Part shown: piece by piece, positions 59,107 through 64,000 of the stretch
Layout: every line of letters begins with the position of its first letter
Numbering within the stretch: position 1 is the first letter of the stretch
Source of the DNA: an uncultured Nitrososphaerota archaeon
GTDB lineage: Archaea > Thermoproteota > Nitrososphaeria > Nitrososphaerales > Gagatemarchaeaceae
Reading direction: 5' to 3'
DNA length: 64,000 nucleotides
Assembly: GCA_963703285.1 (NCBI GenBank)
Contig: OY969807.1
Span: 1,792,001-1,856,000 of the forward strand
Translations under genes and position numbers: made by a program
Notes under the pieces: generated by a model
Seen by the model: only the letters and a program-made list of their open reading frames with translations
Databases searched by the model: none
Told to the model about the DNA's origin: nothing

Positions 59107-59145
59107 ATATCAACCGATGCCTTTATTATTATATCAATTGATGTA
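59107..59145. promoter_or_regulatory. tandem near-palindromic operator (ATATCAATTGATGT and ATATCAACCGATGC)
   Basis: Two copies 24 bp apart between divergent genes, upstream of padR. Confidence 0.55.
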
Positions 59146-59159
59146 TCGGGCGACGTGAA

Positions 59160-59672
59160 ATGGGCGAATACGAGTACGGTCACCACCACGGACCTCACGG
59201 TCCTGGGCCGATGCATGGAGGCTATGGCATGGGTTTCGGGGTTAGGCGCGGTGAGTTCAGCTTCCTAATCCTGATTGCACTCAACGAGAAGCCCATGCAC
59301 GGATACGCTCTGATTCAGGAGATTGGCAGGACCTACCAGCGTCCGATAAGCGCGGGTATAGTGTATCCAACTCTACAAGAATTCGAGGATATGGGATTGG
59401 TGGTCTCCGAAGAGAAGGACGGCAGGAAGGTCTATTCGATTACGGAGGAAGGGAAAAAACACCTCGCAACAAACGCTGATGTGGTCACCCGGTTGAAGGC
59501 GGGACAGGAGTACGCGGGCAAGGTGGGGCAGTTCAGCTTCATGAAGGACATCAGGGACGTCCAGGCAATGATCATGTTGAACGCAGAATACATAAACGAC
59601 GAGAAGATGGAGAGGATACAGAACGCGCTTTCCGAGGCCAAGAGGAAGGTAGCAGCCATTGTCTTCGGCTAG
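59160..59672 (+). CDS. PadR family regulator with His-rich N-terminus
   Basis: PMHGY, AGIVYPTL and KVYSITEEG. Confidence 0.92.
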   Translation: MGEYEYGHHHGPHGPGPMHGGYGMGFGVRRGEFSFLILIALNEKPMHGYALIQEIGRTYQRPISAGIVYPTLQEFEDMGLVVSEEKDGRKVYSITEEGKKHLATNADVVTRLKAGQEYAGKVGQFSFMKDIRDVQAMIMLNAEYINDEKMERIQNALSEAKRKVAAIVFG

Positions 59673-59687
59673 AGGGGTTTGGTCGGG

Positions 59688-60071
59688 ATGAAGATTGGAG
59701 TCGCAACAGACGACGGAAAGACGGTCTCGCCCCACTTCGGCATGGCGAAGTTCTATCTGGTCTTCGAGATGGAGGACGGCACAATCAAGGGGAAGGAGAT
59801 GAGGCCAAAGACAAGGCATCACCACGGAAGGGAGCACGGCGATACCGGCGCAGCGATCAAAGAAGGGGAGGAACACCATGGGCATGCGGAGATGCTCTCG
59901 AACGTCAATGACTGCGAAGCGTTGGTCGCAAGGGGGATGGGGCCGCCGATGTACAACTCCATCCTTCAGATGGGGATCAGACCGTACTTGACGCGGATCG
60001 CAGTGGTTGAGGATGTCGCGCGTGCGTACATCAATGGAACCCTGGACGACAGGGGCGTTGAGAGATCATGA
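59688..60071 (+). CDS. NifB/NifX-family metal-cluster binding protein
   Basis: VSPHFGMA..Y, His-rich loop and GMGP. Confidence 0.85.
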   Translation: MKIGVATDDGKTVSPHFGMAKFYLVFEMEDGTIKGKEMRPKTRHHHGREHGDTGAAIKEGEEHHGHAEMLSNVNDCEALVARGMGPPMYNSILQMGIRPYLTRIAVVEDVARAYINGTLDDRGVERS

Positions 60072-60553
60072 ACGAGGTCTCGTTCAGGCCAATCGGGGTC
60101 GTGCGCACTCGAGCGACAATCGATGAGATAAGGAGCCACGCCGCGGGGATCGAGTCCGTAGTCGAGATATTCCCAGAGTTCGGACCGGCCCTGGACGGGC
60201 TGGACGGCTTCTCGCACATCTTCGTGCTGAGTTACCTAAATCAGCTCAGGCCCGAGCAGATCGGACCGCTCAAGGTGAGGCCGAAGGCCTTCGTCTGGAT
60301 GGGCCTGAAGCTCGAAGAGCTCCCTACCGTCGGCGTCTTCGCCCTGGACTCGCCCACGCGTCCCAACCCAATAGGCCTGTCCCTCGTTCCTCTGCTGAGG
60401 AGGGAGGGAAACTCGCTCTTCGTCTCGGGGCTCGACTACTTCGACGGGACGCCCGTCCTCGACATCAAGCCCTATGGGCCGAACTATCGGGTCGATGAGT
60501 ATGATCGTCCCGAGTGGCGCAAGAGCCTGCTGCAAAAAGCAGGTCGCAACTGA
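60068..60553 (+). CDS. tsaA: TsaA/TrmO family SAM-binding methyltransferase
   Basis: GLDGFSHI, GVFA..SPTRPNPIGLS and DGTPVLDIKPY. Confidence 0.92.
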   Translation: MNEVSFRPIGVVRTRATIDEIRSHAAGIESVVEIFPEFGPALDGLDGFSHIFVLSYLNQLRPEQIGPLKVRPKAFVWMGLKLEELPTVGVFALDSPTRPNPIGLSLVPLLRREGNSLFVSGLDYFDGTPVLDIKPYGPNYRVDEYDRPEWRKSLLQKAGRN

Positions 60554-60589
60554 GCGGTCGCGCCGCCGTACCCGTCCCGGGCGAGGAAG

Positions 60590-60740
60590 CGTTGCTTGGA
60601 AACCATCATGGCCGCCGTGGACGCGGTGAATGTCGGGACGCCATCATGCCGAACAAGGTAACCGTCGACTACGACGAGTCGAAGCCCGCCATCGGGAAGG
60701 TTCTGGATGTCATCAGGGACGGAGGGCACGCGAATCACGG
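60590..60740 (+). pseudogene. remnant of an HMA/CopZ-like metal chaperone
   Basis: KVTVDYDESK...V.DVIRDGG matches the C-terminal half of the HMA fold; no intact MxCxxC N-terminus. Confidence 0.4.
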
Positions 60741-60839
60741 TGCGGGGAACTGCACCGGCATGGGAGGACGACCACCCGTCTCATGGAGGCAGCAGTGGCC
60801 GAATCGACGGCTCGGCTCTTGATGGATGTCGAGGTCGCA

Positions 60840-61187
60840 CTAGGGCCGGGTTACCTGCAGCAACCGGTTGGTTGAGTAGAACCTCTGGCGTATGGAAGCC
60901 CTAACGATTTCGCAGGCCTGCACAATACGCTCGTCCGCTATGCTGTAGTAGGTGTTCAGGCCTTCCCTGCGCTTCTCGAGAATCCCAAGCTGTCTCAGTA
61001 TCGTGAGGTGCTGCGAGAGGTTCGCCTGCCGAATCCCGGTCGCCTCTGCGATCTGGTTGACCGACTTCTCCCCTTCCTTGAGGGTGCTTATTATCAACAA
61101 CCGCTTTGGATGAGCCAGTCCCTTGCAGAATTCGGCTTGCATTCGGAACAGCTCCCTTTCAGGGTCAGGGTCTTGTCTGGGGGCCAT
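60840..61187 (-). CDS. ArsR/SmtB family regulator
   Basis: KGLAHPKRLLII, QANLSQHL and YYSI. Confidence 0.93.
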   Translation of the reverse strand: MAPRQDPDPERELFRMQAEFCKGLAHPKRLLIISTLKEGEKSVNQIAEATGIRQANLSQHLTILRQLGILEKRREGLNTYYSIADERIVQACEIVRASIRQRFYSTNRLLQVTRP

Positions 61188-61193
61188 CTCTCG

Positions 61194-62432
61194 TCACTTG
61201 GCTGGAACCTCGCTGATGAACTTTTCCGATTTCGGCTCCTCGAGGACGGAAGTGCTGGTTTTGCCGAAGTAGATGCCCATGAGCCACTCAAGGCTTCCGT
61301 TCATCGTCCTCCAGTACATCTTGGAGAACGACCTCTTCATGGCGTACTTGATGAACGAGGGTGACTGTTCTGCGGCCGGCGACGTATAAGTCGCAGAGAC
61401 GAATATCGCCTTGCGGTGCCCCACCTCCATGGGGCAGTTGATTCTGCCACTGTAGTGAAGCCTCTCTGAGGAACCAGTCATGTCCAACATGATGTTCTCA
61501 GCCACCACGCCCGAGGCCAGGTGAGCCACGACCCCGGACTTCGAGATCGGGATGCTCGTGCAGTCGCCGAGTGCGTAGGCGTCGCCATGATCCTTGACCT
61601 GCATCGTCTCCTTGTCCGCCGGAACCCAACCGTCCTCGTCCCCGATTCCAGAATTGCGTATGACGTCGGTGCCCCGGTGAGGGGGCACGGCGATGAGCAG
61701 ATCGTAGTCCACCGACTCTCCCTCCAGGGAGTACAGTCTGTGGGCCGACGGGTCCACCGACTCGGCGTTGAACAGGGTCATGACCTTGATTCCCCTCTCC
61801 TCGAAGAGCGGTGCGACGACCTTGGACAGGGTCTCGGCCGGGTACGCTCTCGGGTACGGCGTGACGAAGGTGAGGTCAACCTTGTCCCGGAGTCCCCTCC
61901 GTCTGTAGAACTCGTCGATCATGAACGCGGCCTCGTTTGGGGACGGAGGGCACTTGTGGGGGACCCCGGTTATTGCGACGACGACCTTTCCACCCTGGAA
62001 CTTCTGCAGGGCTTCCCACGTCCGCGCCGAGTCTCTTCTTCCGGTGTGGAAGTTGAAGGAATCCTCAGCGAGGCCGGGTAGCAGCGTTGGGTCGGCGAAA
62101 GCGCCTGTCGCTATGACCAGGTAGTCATACCCGAACTTGTGCCCGCCGTCAAGCGTGACAGCTCTCTCCTCCAGGTCTATCTTGGTCGCCGTCTCTTTCC
62201 TGAACGTCACCTCCTTGAGGAGCAGGCCCTCCTCTGGTCTGGCAAGTCTCTCGGGCGCGTAGCCCTTGAACGCTACGTCGAGGTATCCTGGCTGGAAGAT
62301 GTGATCCGCCCTCTGTCCAACCAGATCAACGGAGACCTCCCCTCGATGAATCTGCCCCTTAAGGCCCCTCGCAAGTAGGTTCGCGGTCAGCGTCCCTCCG
62401 CTGCCCGACCCGACGACCAGTAGCCTCTTCAC
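61194..62432 (-). CDS. sqr: sulfide:quinone oxidoreductase-like flavoprotein
   Basis: VVGSGSGG, LVIATG, KCPPSPNE, GDC, KSG and INCPME. Confidence 0.88.
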   Translation of the reverse strand: MKRLLVVGSGSGGTLTANLLARGLKGQIHRGEVSVDLVGQRADHIFQPGYLDVAFKGYAPERLARPEEGLLLKEVTFRKETATKIDLEERAVTLDGGHKFGYDYLVIATGAFADPTLLPGLAEDSFNFHTGRRDSARTWEALQKFQGGKVVVAITGVPHKCPPSPNEAAFMIDEFYRRRGLRDKVDLTFVTPYPRAYPAETLSKVVAPLFEERGIKVMTLFNAESVDPSAHRLYSLEGESVDYDLLIAVPPHRGTDVIRNSGIGDEDGWVPADKETMQVKDHGDAYALGDCTSIPISKSGVVAHLASGVVAENIMLDMTGSSERLHYSGRINCPMEVGHRKAIFVSATYTSPAAEQSPSFIKYAMKRSFSKMYWRTMNGSLEWLMGIYFGKTSTSVLEEPKSEKFISEVPAK

Positions 62433-62457
62433 GACCCGACACCGACCGTGGAGCTAT

Positions 62458-62712
62458 CTACCTGCTTCCGACCTTCTTCGTTATCTTGACCAGGAGGCGG
62501 ATGTAGTCCTTCTCGTTGATGACATCCAGCAACTCGTTCCCGCTCTTCCTCGTCCAGGCTTCAACGTCGGGCTTTGCGGCGGGGTCGGTCGCGAGGAGCT
62601 CGATGATGTCCCCAACTTCCGCCTTCCTGTAGGCCTTGAAGAGGTCGGTTATCGGACCCGGACACGAGGTGCCCCGGGAGTCCACGATCTTGTGCTGATC
62701 CAGTGCTGACAC
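62458..62712 (-). CDS. tusA: TusA-family sulfur carrier
   Basis: VDSRGTSCPGP and ATDP..KPDVEAW. Confidence 0.92.
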   Translation of the reverse strand: MSALDQHKIVDSRGTSCPGPITDLFKAYRKAEVGDIIELLATDPAAKPDVEAWTRKSGNELLDVINEKDYIRLLVKITKKVGSR

Positions 62713-62722
62713 GTCGAATCGC

Positions 62723-63229
62723 CTAGATGAAGATTATCTGTCCGCCCTCGCCGAGCTCGAGCATCGTGGCCGCTCCCACGATATCATCGACCTCCGGGAG
62801 AAGCATCTCCTTCGTCGTGCCCATCACCTCGAGGGTCGTCGAGCAGGCGTGCAGTTTGACCCCCAGGTCCTTGGCCGTTTTGATCAGCTCCGGGATTGAG
62901 GGGACCTTGGCCTTCACGATCCTGCCCTTCATCATGCGCGTCGCCATGGATGTCATGCCTGGTATCATCCCGAGGATGTTCGGCATAGGGAGACCCGGGT
63001 TACCAACCGGGGCGACCTTGAGGTCGGCCGATGTCTTCGCGGTCACAGCGTTCATTCCCCAAAAGGTGAAGAACATGTGCACCTCCTTTCCCATGGCCGC
63101 TCCAGTGGTCGCTATCATGAACGCGGGGTAGACCATGTCCAGGGTGCCCTTGGACAGGATCACCAACAGCTTCTCCGTCTGCTGGGTCTTCGCCTCTTCT
63201 GCGTGAACTACTGTTTGTTGACTCAACAA
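62723..63229 (-). CDS. DsrE2-like sulfur relay protein
   Basis: FFTFWG, ACSTT and IVGAAT. Confidence 0.9.
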   Translation of the reverse strand: MLSQQTVVHAEEAKTQQTEKLLVILSKGTLDMVYPAFMIATTGAAMGKEVHMFFTFWGMNAVTAKTSADLKVAPVGNPGLPMPNILGMIPGMTSMATRMMKGRIVKAKVPSIPELIKTAKDLGVKLHACSTTLEVMGTTKEMLLPEVDDIVGAATMLELGEGGQIIFI

Positions 63230-63240
63230 TCTCGCCTTTG

Positions 63241-63260
63241 ATATTCGCATATTCTAATAT
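63241..63260. promoter_or_regulatory. putative ArsR operator ATATTcg-N6-ctAATAT
   Basis: Inverted repeat directly upstream of the dsrE-tusA-sqr-arsR operon. Confidence 0.5.
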
Positions 63261-63362
63261 AATGATAACAATTTCCCCGAATAGGTTCGCCGCCGCGTTG
63301 GTTCTCTCCCTCCCCCTGATTACCCGGCCGCAATCGAGCGAAGCGACCGACCTCACAAACCT

Positions 63363-63998
63363 CTACTTGGTCACAGCGAGGTCCGCACCCTTCGCTCTTA
63401 GAAGACGCCAGGTCGCGTCGCTATCCATCGGGGTTGATTGCACCACAATCCCCTTTTCCGAGGCGGAGAGAGCGTTCTCCACGGCGTTCACTATCGCCGG
63501 GAGCGAGCCTATCCTCCCAGCCTCGCCAGCCCCCTTTGCTCCATGAAGATGCTGGGAAGCCGTCAAGTGCACGGGAGAAAACGAAAAGGCGGGCGCAGCC
63601 GTCACCGAGGGGATTGGATACTGGGCGTCGAGTCGACCCTCCTGATCGTACTCGACGCTCTCCTGAAGGGCTTCTCCAACCGATTGCATGGCTCCTCCCT
63701 CTATCTGGGCTGCCAGCGCGGACCTGTCGAGTACTTTGCCGAAGTCGTCGAAGGCGAGGTAGCGGAGTACGCGTATGGAGCCCGTCGACCCGTCGACCTC
63801 GACGAGCGAGACGTGGCAGCCCAGAGAGAAGGTTGAGGTCTCGGACCTGTACGTCGCCTCTACGGAGACGTCTCCGCCCAGTTCCTCGGCCACGTCCTCG
63901 AGCCTGATTCGTCGGGCAGCCCCGCCCTCTCGCCTGACGCGGAAAACACCATCGTCGCCAATGGATACAGAAGCGCGCCTGCCCTGCGACGAACCGCC
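63363..63998 (-). CDS. xanthine dehydrogenase/CoxL family molybdopterin-binding subunit (C-terminal part; runs off the window)
   Basis: VEVDGSTG, DDFG, QIEGG..Q.VGEAL and GAKGAGE. Confidence 0.9.
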   Translation of the reverse strand, partial: GGSSQGRRASVSIGDDGVFRVRREGGAARRIRLEDVAEELGGDVSVEATYRSETSTFSLGCHVSLVEVDGSTGSIRVLRYLAFDDFGKVLDRSALAAQIEGGAMQSVGEALQESVEYDQEGRLDAQYPIPSVTAAPAFSFSPVHLTASQHLHGAKGAGEAGRIGSLPAIVNAVENALSASEKGIVVQSTPMDSDATWRLLRAKGADLAVTK

Positions 63999-64000
63999 TA

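Noticed and set aside
59688-60071. Nitrogen fixation inferred from the NifX-like gene
   Set aside because: This family is widespread in non-diazotrophs and no nif genes are present.

Overview
A 64-kb, GC-rich archaeal chromosomal segment. A CdvB/ESCRT-III fragment, a PolB2 cassette, TATA-type leaderless promoters and frequent TTG/GTG starts suggest the TACK group, most likely a non-ammonia-oxidising Nitrososphaerota lineage; this taxonomy is inferred. The left third is a DNA-repair/mutagenesis neighbourhood. It holds a RadA-like + two small proteins + PolB2 cassette, DinB, three DUF72 paralogs and, most notably, a compact minus-strand operon (12952-15202). That operon encodes a divergent Ku-like protein, a minimal ATP-dependent DNA ligase and a miniature ASFV-type PolX: a candidate Ku/ligase/PolX end-joining system with no LigD primase-polymerase. 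The rest is housekeeping and accessory metabolism (ABC exporters, thrBC, Hef-like helicase, nth, dUTPase, glnA, msrB) and ends in a metal/sulfur block (PadR-NifX-TsaA; dsrE-tusA-sqr-arsR). Several genes carry single-base frameshifts in G/C runs, which most likely reflect long-read consensus errors. No rRNA, tRNA, CRISPR array or transposase was recognised. All assignments come from motif recognition by eye, not from database searches.
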